Below, one piece after another: positions 8,980 to 17,067 of a stretch of 64,000 nucleotides of DNA (position 1 is its first letter; the number at the start of each line of letters is the position of its first letter). Made by a program: the position numbers and the translations under genes. Origin of the DNA: a virus; the IMG/VR virus record IMGVR_UViG_3300020048_005080; one strand, written 5' to 3'. The notes under the pieces were generated by a model. It had not been told where the DNA came from. It was given only the letters and a program-made list of their open reading frames with translations, and did not search any database.

Positions 8980-9900
8980 TTATAATACTTCTAATTGCCA
9001 TAAAAATTTCGAATCAACCGTGTAATCTGAATGTGAATCACATTCTATAACGGAAAAACTGTTTGTTGAATATACATTTTCAAAATACTTAGATAACTCC
9101 AAAAATGAATTGCTGAATATTCCATGAGTCACACAAAGGAATACTTTATTATCTGGAAATTTCTCTTTAATTGCTTTTGAAATCTCTATGAAGGTTCTTC
9201 CTCCATCACAAATATCATCAAAGATTACAAATGTCTTATTAGCATGTGTCATATCCAATGGAACATTTGTACTTACAATTTTACCTGTAGTAATATCTCT
9301 ATGTTTGCTAGCTACAATAACATCGGTTATTCCGTTATGTTCTGCAACATCATAGATTTTCTTTAATGCACCAGCATCAGGAGAAATTATAGCAATATCT
9401 TTCTTGTCAATTGAATGTTCGAAAAATATTCTAGAAATACATTTTTTAGAAAACTCAACGTTAGAGTCTTTTTTAAAATTTATAATACATGATTCTAAAG
9501 CATCTGAATGAGGATCTAACACGATAACTTCTGAATATCCTTGAGCATTTATAATTGGAGAAATTACATCTTTAATATAATTAAATCCACCATCAGAGAA
9601 TTTTCTGTCAGATCTTGCACCAATGAAATAAGGAACGTATAATGAAATATCAGAAACTCCTGCTTCTTTTAATGCTGCAGTTGCACATAAGAGAATCTCG
9701 ACATCTTTAAAATTTCTTAATCTCTTATAAATACGTACGGGGTAACATTTATTAGTACCATATTCATCTTCTTTTTCTTTGTACCAAATTAATGAATCAG
9801 GATCAGTTAGTGTCAAAGATTGTTGTCCGTCAGGAAACTTAGAAATCTTATAAGATATTCCTGTTTGTTCTGGTGTTTCTAGATTAATTATTTTTCTCAT
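8980..9900 (-). CDS. ribose-phosphate pyrophosphokinase (PRPP synthetase) family protein (Prs or ADPR-PP synthetase-like)
   Basis: PRPP-binding loop VIFDDICDGGRTF, Prs-like length, and the N-terminal domain DGQQSLTLTD. Confidence 0.8.
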   Translation of the reverse strand: MRKIINLETPEQTGISYKISKFPDGQQSLTLTDPDSLIWYKEKEDEYGTNKCYPVRIYKRLRNFKDVEILLCATAALKEAGVSDISLYVPYFIGARSDRKFSDGGFNYIKDVISPIINAQGYSEVIVLDPHSDALESCIINFKKDSNVEFSKKCISRIFFEHSIDKKDIAIISPDAGALKKIYDVAEHNGITDVIVASKHRDITTGKIVSTNVPLDMTHANKTFVIFDDICDGGRTFIEISKAIKEKFPDNKVFLCVTHGIFSNSFLELSKYFENVYSTNSFSVIECDSHSDYTVDSKFLWQLEVL

Positions 9901-10480
9901 TCTCTTGTGTTTTTAATTGTTTTTCAATATAATCTGCAATAATAATTACCGCTTCGTCTTGTATCCACCAATGTTCATTACCATTTATAGTAACAGAGAA
10001 ATCCCCGTCTGTTGGATCAAGAACCACTTCATTAATAATGACAACTGGATTTTGCTTTCTTTTCTTTTCTTTATCAAATTTCATAAAAATCTCAGAAGCT
10101 AAACCTACATAATCTTTTCTTCTGATCCTTTCCTTGTAGGCATAATAATAAGTGCTCTCTCCAGTAGGACTGTGAATCACAACCACTTCTAAATCACTCC
10201 AGTCTTTTACCAGCTTCCAATTTTTGTGAATGTAACTTTTTGCTATATTAGCAATGTGTCCCATAGCAGCTAGATGTTTCTGATATTCATCCTTGAATTC
10301 TTTATCAACATAAAATATTGATTCCTTATAACCTTCTTCGAATTCTTCCTCTGTCATGAAGCACGGACTCATTATAGATCCGTGTATAAGATTAGGATGG
10401 TCTTTTTTTCTCGCCATATTCTTTTCTGATTTTATCAACTTCTTCAAAATATCGATCTGCATCATCGTGCCACACATCAA
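9884..10480 (-). CDS. hypothetical protein
   Basis: 198-aa ORF. I checked for NMNAT and 2H motifs and could not confirm either. Confidence 0.5.
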   Translation of the reverse strand: MMCGTMMQIDILKKLIKSEKNMARKKDHPNLIHGSIMSPCFMTEEEFEEGYKESIFYVDKEFKDEYQKHLAAMGHIANIAKSYIHKNWKLVKDWSDLEVVVIHSPTGESTYYYAYKERIRRKDYVGLASEIFMKFDKEKKRKQNPVVIINEVVLDPTDGDFSVTINGNEHWWIQDEAVIIIADYIEKQLKTQENEKNN

Positions 10481-10775
10481 CAGTTCCGTAATAAACTACA
10501 TCTTCTACTTCCTCGATTTTTTTAATTTCATTAGAAACCCATTCTTTATCCGATTCGTTTTTTAGACTATCAAAAAAGAATTGGTATTTCTCTTGATCAC
10601 CTCCGCCAGTACAATCCATTCCCTTAGATATAACAATATCGATTATCTTATCTACAATTTTTCCTTCAGGATCAGGACCACAGTAAACATCAATACAAAA
10701 TCCATATTGTCTGAATTCTCCGACTCTCTTTTTCTTCCTAATTCTTCTGCTGTATTTGCTCCTTTGGAACTCCAT
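10392..10775 (-). CDS. hypothetical protein (first gene of the long minus operon)
   Basis: It lies directly downstream of the conserved promoter cassette at 10790-10840. Confidence 0.45.
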   Translation of the reverse strand: MEFQRSKYSRRIRKKKRVGEFRQYGFCIDVYCGPDPEGKIVDKIIDIVISKGMDCTGGGDQEKYQFFFDSLKNESDKEWVSNEIKKIEEVEDVVYYGTVDVWHDDADRYFEEVDKIRKEYGEKKRPS

Positions 10776-10789
10776 TCTCTTAATTTTAG

Positions 10790-10881
10790 GTAAAGATAGA
10801 AATTTCTTATTGATTAAAAAAACGTTTTAACGAAATTGGATAAATACTTTACTGAATTATAATATATAATGAAAGAATTCT
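10790..10881. promoter_or_regulatory. divergent promoter pair sharing a palindromic TTAAAAAAACGTTTTAA core
   Basis: The minus-oriented cassette AAACGTTTTTTTAATCAATAAGAAATTTCTATCTTTAC drives 10775. The + side, ACGTTTTAACGAAATTGGATAAATACTTTAC, drives 10882. Confidence 0.55.
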
Positions 10882-11283
10882 ATGGAACATTTATTGGAAT
10901 ATGAGAAATTCTCAGGTGATATTTTAAACGAAGCACAGATTGTATATGACGGAGTAAAAATAAGTGCAGCTGGCGACGGAACAGGTAGACTACTTCTAAC
11001 CTACGGTTCAACAAAAAGTTACTATAAGATTAAAGCTAAGGTAAAAAAATTACTAGTTGTTTGGTATGATGGACCAATAGCTGTAGTAAATGCTTGGGAA
11101 AATGAACAAAAAGAATGCTGGGTTAAAGATAATACTGGTAAGCTATTTAAACTTAATAAAGAAACTTTAAAAACTATCGCGGCAAAAGCAAAGGCAAAAG
11201 CTCCATCCATAGAATTAGCAGGAACCGGGGAAATTAAAGGAGTAGAAGGAACATATAATGCAACATTAACCAAAGTTGCTTAA
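10882..11283 (+). CDS. hypothetical protein (N-terminal MEHLLEYEKF tag)
   Basis: 133-aa ORF. Its N-terminus matches the recurring tag. Confidence 0.5.
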   Translation: MEHLLEYEKFSGDILNEAQIVYDGVKISAAGDGTGRLLLTYGSTKSYYKIKAKVKKLLVVWYDGPIAVVNAWENEQKECWVKDNTGKLFKLNKETLKTIAAKAKAKAPSIELAGTGEIKGVEGTYNATLTKVA

Positions 11284-11292
11284 TTTATATTT

Positions 11293-11877
11293 ATGAAATA
11301 CCCAAAAAAATACTTATCGACCAATCCCAATGTCATGAAAAGGGAGATCAAAAAACATGGAGACAAAGAGGATTCTGATTCTTCTGCTTATGGTCCATGG
11401 GATGCTGATTATAAATCACGCAAAGCAGGCAAGGGCAAAGCGGTAAAAACCAAAACAAGTAAGTACACTAAGAAATATAAAGAAATGTTTGGGGAGAATC
11501 TAATGACAGATCCCTATCAATTCATGAATGTCTTAGAAGAACTCGAGAATGAGTTTATCGATTTATTAGAATCTTTGTCAGAAAATGAGATATCGGAAAT
11601 TGAGGGATTTTTAAATGAGGGGGTAACTTCTGCTGGTAGTCCAGTAAAAAAAGCTCTAAAGAATAAATCAGACAAGACTGGATTTCCTCAGGGTATATTA
11701 ACACAAGTATGGAAAAGGGGATATGCAGCTTGGAAAAATGGACATATTCCAGGAACAACGCCTCAACAATGGGCAATGGCTAGAGTTAATTCTTTTGTAA
11801 CTGGTGGTAAAACAACAAAAATGGGAGATAAAGCTTTATATAAACAAGCTAAAGCTAATAGAAAAGACAAGAAATAA
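11293..11877 (+). CDS. hypothetical protein
   Basis: 194-aa ORF with a basic N-terminus. Confidence 0.5.
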   Translation: MKYPKKYLSTNPNVMKREIKKHGDKEDSDSSAYGPWDADYKSRKAGKGKAVKTKTSKYTKKYKEMFGENLMTDPYQFMNVLEELENEFIDLLESLSENEISEIEGFLNEGVTSAGSPVKKALKNKSDKTGFPQGILTQVWKRGYAAWKNGHIPGTTPQQWAMARVNSFVTGGKTTKMGDKALYKQAKANRKDKK

Positions 11878-12270
11878 TCACTTATAGAAAGGATTTAGCT
11901 CGCTTAATACTGAAACGACCTCGTCTATTTTTTTGCAATCGTCTATAAATCCTATTACTTCTTCATCATTCAGATGAAAAAATTCATTATTAGATAGTGT
12001 TCTTTTCGCTTTATATTTTCTATGAAGCCATCTTTCAATTTTCTTATAGTTTTTACTTCTATAAGTTTTAAGCACAGATAAGTCTCCTGAATTCCCGGTT
12101 TTTAATTTCTTTAATCTTTCTTGTGGATCGTTTTTAGTGATTCCGATTTTATACTTCTCTTCGCCGTGCTGGTCTCCTTCTATAATTAGATAAACATAAC
12201 CTTCATTCATATTATATTTATCTTTTATTTTTACGAGAGGAAACTTAAACCTGCAATTAAAATATAACAA
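11878..12270 (-). CDS. GIY-YIG superfamily (T5orf172/MUG113-like) protein
   Basis: GYVYLI...KIGITKNDPQERLKKLKTGNS is the T5orf172-type pattern. Confidence 0.5.
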   Translation of the reverse strand: MLYFNCRFKFPLVKIKDKYNMNEGYVYLIIEGDQHGEEKYKIGITKNDPQERLKKLKTGNSGDLSVLKTYRSKNYKKIERWLHRKYKAKRTLSNNEFFHLNDEEVIGFIDDCKKIDEVVSVLSELNPFYK

Positions 12271-12272
12271 TC

Positions 12273-12746
12273 ATGAAAAAAGAACAGAAGATAAAGCCTT
12301 TAAGTGATTGGGAATGGACACTCACTTGGTCTTCTCTTAGATATTTTTGTGGAAGATACACAATAGCTTCTGCAACATATCCTAGTGATTTACTTATGAA
12401 CTTTGGAAAAAGATTATCAGAAGATCAAAAAAGAGCATTGGTTCAAGAAATACAAAAACAGATTGAAGATGCTATAAGGGTAGATGATAATATGTGGCTA
12501 AAAACAGATATGGAGCCATGGAGTGCATTAAGAAATTATTTAGATGTGTCAACATGGAAAGAGCTCTTCTGTCAAGGAGAGGACATAAAAGACACCACAG
12601 TGATAGCATTTCCATGTGAAAGAAAAGAAGAGGAAACAATAGTTACTCGTTGGATCCCTATAGATGCTTATGAAGGATCAGGATCAGTAAGAACGTCGGT
12701 TTACGAACCCTATATAAAACAAATAAAAGAATATGAATCTAAGTGA
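12273..12746 (+). CDS. hypothetical protein
   Basis: 157-aa ORF. Confidence 0.5.
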   Translation: MKKEQKIKPLSDWEWTLTWSSLRYFCGRYTIASATYPSDLLMNFGKRLSEDQKRALVQEIQKQIEDAIRVDDNMWLKTDMEPWSALRNYLDVSTWKELFCQGEDIKDTTVIAFPCERKEEETIVTRWIPIDAYEGSGSVRTSVYEPYIKQIKEYESK

Positions 12747-13008
12747 AATGAAACTAACTGCAATGTTAGCAGAGAAATTTAATAGTATGGACTCTGATGC
12801 TATTGAACAAGAATGGAAATTAATCGAAAAAGAGGGTGAAAATGCAACACCAGAAAAAGTAGAAGACGTTCTAAAAAGAACCCCAGGATTTACTGCTGTT
12901 GATATGATCAACTTTGGGGAATACTGCAAGAAAGGTTTTACTGATTACGAATGGGACGAGTTAACTCCTGAGCAGCACTTTGCTAATTGGTTAGAAAAGA
13001 TTAGATAA
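12733..13008 (+). CDS. hypothetical protein
   Basis: 91-aa ORF. Confidence 0.4.
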   Translation: MNLSEMKLTAMLAEKFNSMDSDAIEQEWKLIEKEGENATPEKVEDVLKRTPGFTAVDMINFGEYCKKGFTDYEWDELTPEQHFANWLEKIR

Positions 13009-13112
13009 TCAAAAAATGAAAAGAATAATCCAAAAGATTGCTCTGTGGATTTCTTTTAAATTCCCAAGGAGAAAGAAAAAAAGTATATGGGATTTATAAA
13101 AAATAAAAATAA

Positions 13113-13898
13113 ATGCAAGAAACATTAACACTAGCTCAGGCTATGGAAAAATATCATAGACCTGACTTAGCTCCATTAGATAGAGTAAGAGTCAATAAGA
13201 TCTTTGATATAATGATAGACAAAAAACTCTATCCAGTTTATTCTATTCCTGGTTACGAACACCAATTAGGAAAATCTAACGGATGTCCTGATACATGGTG
13301 GTTAGACTGGTCAGATTATGAAGCAACTTCTGACGAGGATGGAGATATACACGAACCTTGTATAAGAGAACTAATCCCTTATATTGACAAAGGAACACAC
13401 AGGACGTGTTGGGAAATTAGATATCGTCAGTTCAATAGAATGAAATACAAGTGGGACGAATGGGACATTAGAAATGGCGGTGTTTGTGAAATGTATGCAA
13501 ACGGTAAATTGGTATACAAATTTCACTCAAGAGAAATAGGTTATGCTCTTTCAAAAGCTCAATCATTAGAAGTGACTCTTTTAGAACACCCGTTTGATTT
13601 TCTTAATCAAGAAAAAGAAGCTGGCAGAAAAATTTGGTACTATGGTCTACCTGCAACTATTAGAATTGGAGTCGAGCCAGGGGAAATTGGTATAGTTCCT
13701 GATTATTCTTATATGAGCAAATCCGACTGGTGGAAAGAACTTAAAAACAAAAAAACTAAGATCACTCCAGAGGGTTATAAAAAAGATGAGGATGATTTCA
13801 TGGACGATGATGATTTCAATGAAAATATGAGAACTGGAGGTTGGATCAATCATGGTGATGCCCTTTGGGACGGGATGATCTGGTGGTTTAGAGATTAA
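13113..13898 (+). CDS. hypothetical protein
   Basis: 261-aa ORF. Confidence 0.5.
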   Translation: MQETLTLAQAMEKYHRPDLAPLDRVRVNKIFDIMIDKKLYPVYSIPGYEHQLGKSNGCPDTWWLDWSDYEATSDEDGDIHEPCIRELIPYIDKGTHRTCWEIRYRQFNRMKYKWDEWDIRNGGVCEMYANGKLVYKFHSREIGYALSKAQSLEVTLLEHPFDFLNQEKEAGRKIWYYGLPATIRIGVEPGEIGIVPDYSYMSKSDWWKELKNKKTKITPEGYKKDEDDFMDDDDFNENMRTGGWINHGDALWDGMIWWFRD

Positions 13899-13939
13899 AA
13901 TCATTTTTTATTACAATTAGTAATTTCTAGATTTGCAAT
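13898..13939 (+). promoter_or_regulatory. promoter cassette (AAATCATTTTTTAT ... TTTCTAGATTTGC)
   Basis: AAATCATTTTTTATTACAATTAGTAATTTCTAGATTTGCAAT sits immediately 5' of the ATG at 13940. The -7 element is TAGATTTG. Confidence 0.55.
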
Positions 13940-14347
13940 ATGGAAAAAATAGCAAAACAGGTTATTGTGATCCGAAAGGATCTTAACATGAGAAAAGGAA
14001 AGATGGTAGCACAAGGTGCTCACGCATCTATGGCAGCAGTACTTGATCAAATGGTTATAAGAAATTGTCCTACAGGAATTCAGGAAAAAACTCTCTCACT
14101 AGAAAGTGGAACACCGATGGAATCTTGGATTAACGGTCTATTCACTAAAGTTTGTGTTTCTGTAGATTCTGAATCGGAATTAATGGAGATATATGAAAAG
14201 GCTAAAGGAGCAGGACTTATTGCATCTATAATCACTGATGCTGGCCTTACTGAATTTGCTGGAGTTCCAACAAAAACATGTATTGCAATTGGACCAAATT
14301 GGTCAGAAGAAGTTAACGAAATAACAGGACATTTAAAACTATTATAA
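13940..14347 (+). CDS. peptidyl-tRNA hydrolase, PTH2 family
   Basis: KQVIVIRKDLNMRKGKMVAQGAHAS and the C-terminus GLIASIITDAGLTEFAGVPTKTCIAIGP...TGHLKLL closely parallel archaeal/eukaryotic PTH2. Confidence 0.8.
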   Translation: MEKIAKQVIVIRKDLNMRKGKMVAQGAHASMAAVLDQMVIRNCPTGIQEKTLSLESGTPMESWINGLFTKVCVSVDSESELMEIYEKAKGAGLIASIITDAGLTEFAGVPTKTCIAIGPNWSEEVNEITGHLKLL

Positions 14348-15534
14348 TGTTACAAGAATTTTTAGATCTTATAGAAAGCAAGTCTCCAGGAGCACAGCCT
14401 CTTCTTATTGTTAAGAGAGGATCGCAGGCTTATGGTACTGCCATTCCCACATCAGATATTGATTATGCTGGAGTTTATATCCAACATATTGATAATATAT
14501 TGGGCTATGGCTACAAAGAGCAGATCAATGATGATAAGAATGACACTGTTTTTTATGAGATTAAAAGATTCTTAGATCTTGTATCTACAAATAACCCGAC
14601 TATTTTAGAGCTCTTAAACACACCAGAAGACTGCATTCTATATAAACACCCATTGATAGGTGAGATACTTCAGCACAGAGACAAATTCATCACTAAAAAG
14701 TGTTCTAATTCATTTGCTGGGTATGCTATTCAACAGATTAAGAAGGCAAAAGGACAGGACAAGAAACAAAACTGGGAGAAAGACAAAGTAACACGTAAAG
14801 ACGTTCTAGACTTTTGCTATGTTATAAAAGGAGAAAAATCTATGCCTTGGAAAGTTTGGAGCGAAGCCCGTTACGAAGAGAAATTTGTTGGTGTTGTAAA
14901 TTTACCTAATGCAAGGGATGTTTATGCTGTTTATTATGATACTGATTCTCACCTTTGCTTTTCTGAATCAATTCCGGAAGGTTCTAGAAATGTATATAAA
15001 AATAATCGAAAAGAATTAGGACTTGTTATGGGTCTAGGCTATAAAGGTCTAGTTAAGTCGGGTGAAGGTGCTAACGTTGCTGAATCCAACCAATTGAGAC
15101 TTTCAAGTATACCCAAAGGAGAAACCCCTATATGTAATATCATATACAATAAAGATGGTTACACTGCACATTGTAAAGATTATAGAGAATACCAAGAATG
15201 GTTAGATAATCGAAATGAACAGAGATGGACTGATGTTAAGACCCACGATCAGAAGATTGATGGTAAAAATATGATGCACTGTCGTAGACTCCTAGAAATG
15301 GCTAAAGAAATTGCTGAAGGTAAAGGCATTCTTGTAAGAAGAGAAAATGCTCAGGAGCTATTAGCAATTAGAAGAGGAGAGGTTGATCTACAAAGTCTAA
15401 TTGATAGAGCTGAAAATGACATCGTAGAAATTGATAGATTATTTAAAGAATCAGATCTTCCAGAATCGGTTGATCTTGGCTTTATTAATGATTTACTTGT
15501 TTCAGTAAGAAAAGAATTTTACGGATTAGCATAA
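14347..15534 (+). CDS. Pol-beta superfamily nucleotidyltransferase (GS-x9-DxD)
   Basis: RGSQAYGTAIPTSDIDYAGVY is the minimal nucleotidyltransferase signature. I cannot assign the subfamily, which could be RNA-repair associated, OAS-like or CD-NTase-like. Confidence 0.55.
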   Translation: MLQEFLDLIESKSPGAQPLLIVKRGSQAYGTAIPTSDIDYAGVYIQHIDNILGYGYKEQINDDKNDTVFYEIKRFLDLVSTNNPTILELLNTPEDCILYKHPLIGEILQHRDKFITKKCSNSFAGYAIQQIKKAKGQDKKQNWEKDKVTRKDVLDFCYVIKGEKSMPWKVWSEARYEEKFVGVVNLPNARDVYAVYYDTDSHLCFSESIPEGSRNVYKNNRKELGLVMGLGYKGLVKSGEGANVAESNQLRLSSIPKGETPICNIIYNKDGYTAHCKDYREYQEWLDNRNEQRWTDVKTHDQKIDGKNMMHCRRLLEMAKEIAEGKGILVRRENAQELLAIRRGEVDLQSLIDRAENDIVEIDRLFKESDLPESVDLGFINDLLVSVRKEFYGLA

Positions 15535-15551
15535 AGGATATATAGTGTCGT

Positions 15552-16124
15552 ATGAGACACATAGAAGCTTACAGCTCATTTAAAAAAGAAACAATATCAG
15601 AAAATTTATCCTATCATCTAAATGAAGGCATAGGTATATTAGAGAGCGTTTTTAGATTGGAATCTGAAAGTTGGTTAGATCTAGTCAACGAATCAAGAGA
15701 TTTATATTATTCAGGAAAAATTGGTCTAACCGAAGATGAAATTTGGTTGGTCGGAACAGATGCTGGCAAAAAGGGAATATATGAGGGAAGAGAGGTTCTT
15801 CTCGACATACCTTTTGAAGATGTAGAAGAGCTACATGAAGCAGAGTATAGAGGTAGAAAAGTAGACCTCAATCGACCATTCAGAACACCTTCGGGGCCTA
15901 GGAAATTTGGCGTATATACCAAAAACGAAAAAGGCAATGTTGTTAAAGTCGGATTTGGTCAGCCAGGTATGAGAGTTAACAATAGCGATCCTAAAAAAGC
16001 AAGATCATTTCAGAAAAGAATGAGATGCGATAATCCAGGACCTAAATGGAGTGCTAAATACTGGTCTTGCAACGTGGCAAGATACAGAAAGCTTTTAGGA
16101 ATTAAATCAAGTAACCCGTGGTAA
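15552..16124 (+). CDS. hypothetical protein (N-terminal MRHIEAYSSF tag)
   Basis: 190-aa ORF. Confidence 0.5.
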   Translation: MRHIEAYSSFKKETISENLSYHLNEGIGILESVFRLESESWLDLVNESRDLYYSGKIGLTEDEIWLVGTDAGKKGIYEGREVLLDIPFEDVEELHEAEYRGRKVDLNRPFRTPSGPRKFGVYTKNEKGNVVKVGFGQPGMRVNNSDPKKARSFQKRMRCDNPGPKWSAKYWSCNVARYRKLLGIKSSNPW

Positions 16125-16465
16125 TGGAACATATAGAATTATACGAGAATTTTAATCAAAGAACAATGATTATTAAACACAGAAACTTTGGGGAGATTAA
16201 AATCGAACTCCAAGGGAGCCAAATAATGGATGTCGTAAATAATTCCAATGTTATGTTTCCCTTCGGTGTAGGTTCTTCATGGAACAGATCAATAGAGACT
16301 TGGGCTTGTAGAAACAACTTTATTAAAATTGAAACATGGATGAATAACCGAATGGCTAGACAAGAAGACACATGTCCGGAGGAAAAAGTAGCAGGGATTA
16401 GAGTTAAAGATATTCCACCTGGACATCCTCTAAGAATCATGTACCCAAATAAGTTTAAAAAATAA
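16124..16465 (+). CDS. hypothetical protein (N-terminal MEHIELYENF tag)
   Basis: ATG at 16124 with a TAATG overlap. The track starts at a GTG at 16118. Confidence 0.45.
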   Translation: MEHIELYENFNQRTMIIKHRNFGEIKIELQGSQIMDVVNNSNVMFPFGVGSSWNRSIETWACRNNFIKIETWMNNRMARQEDTCPEEKVAGIRVKDIPPGHPLRIMYPNKFKK

Positions 16466-17067
16466 TGAGATTTATTGCTATAATTATAGCGTCGTTCTTT
16501 TTTCTTTCAAATGCTGTAGATACAAATGCTGTAGATAATAAGAAGAGAGAGATTAAGGTTGATGCAGGAATATACACAGTGCTATATTCAGAAGCTCTAG
16601 AACAGCCTAAAGAAGTTTGGTACACAGTGGAATGTACAGACGGAAGGGTTTCTAGGAAAGGAATGGATTTTTACACTAACGATTCAATCTATACATCATC
16701 TAAAGAGGATTACGAAAATAACGAATGGGATAAAGGCCATATGGCACCTGCAGCGGATTTTTCTTGTGAAAAGACAACATTATATCAGACATTCTCTTAT
16801 CTTAATTGTTCTTTACAGCATCAGGATTTAAACAGAGGTGTATGGAGACTATTAGAATCTAGAGAAAGAGAGTTAGCAAAAAAGACCGATGTTGAAATTC
16901 ATATATTAGTAGACTTCACTAAAGGCACAAAGAAATTACCATCAGGTGCAACAGTACCAGGTGGATATAGAAAAGAAATAAGATATAGTGGGAAGACTGA
17001 GGTATATTATTTCAAAAATGAAAAACCTTTATCAAATTCTTTCGATAAGTATATCGTTAAGAATTAA
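16465..17067 (+). CDS. secreted DNA/RNA non-specific endonuclease (NucA/EndoG family)
   Basis: Signal peptide MRFIAIIIASFFFLSNA and the active-site motif DKGHMAPAADF, which corresponds to DRGH. Confidence 0.75.
   Translation: MRFIAIIIASFFFLSNAVDTNAVDNKKREIKVDAGIYTVLYSEALEQPKEVWYTVECTDGRVSRKGMDFYTNDSIYTSSKEDYENNEWDKGHMAPAADFSCEKTTLYQTFSYLNCSLQHQDLNRGVWRLLESRERELAKKTDVEIHILVDFTKGTKKLPSGATVPGGYRKEIRYSGKTEVYYFKNEKPLSNSFDKYIVKN

Noticed and set aside
9884-10480. Assignment of the 198-aa protein as NMN adenylyltransferase or a 2H phosphoesterase.
   Set aside because: Neither the (H/T)xGH cytidylyltransferase motif nor paired HxT/S motifs could be found convincingly, so I left it as hypothetical.
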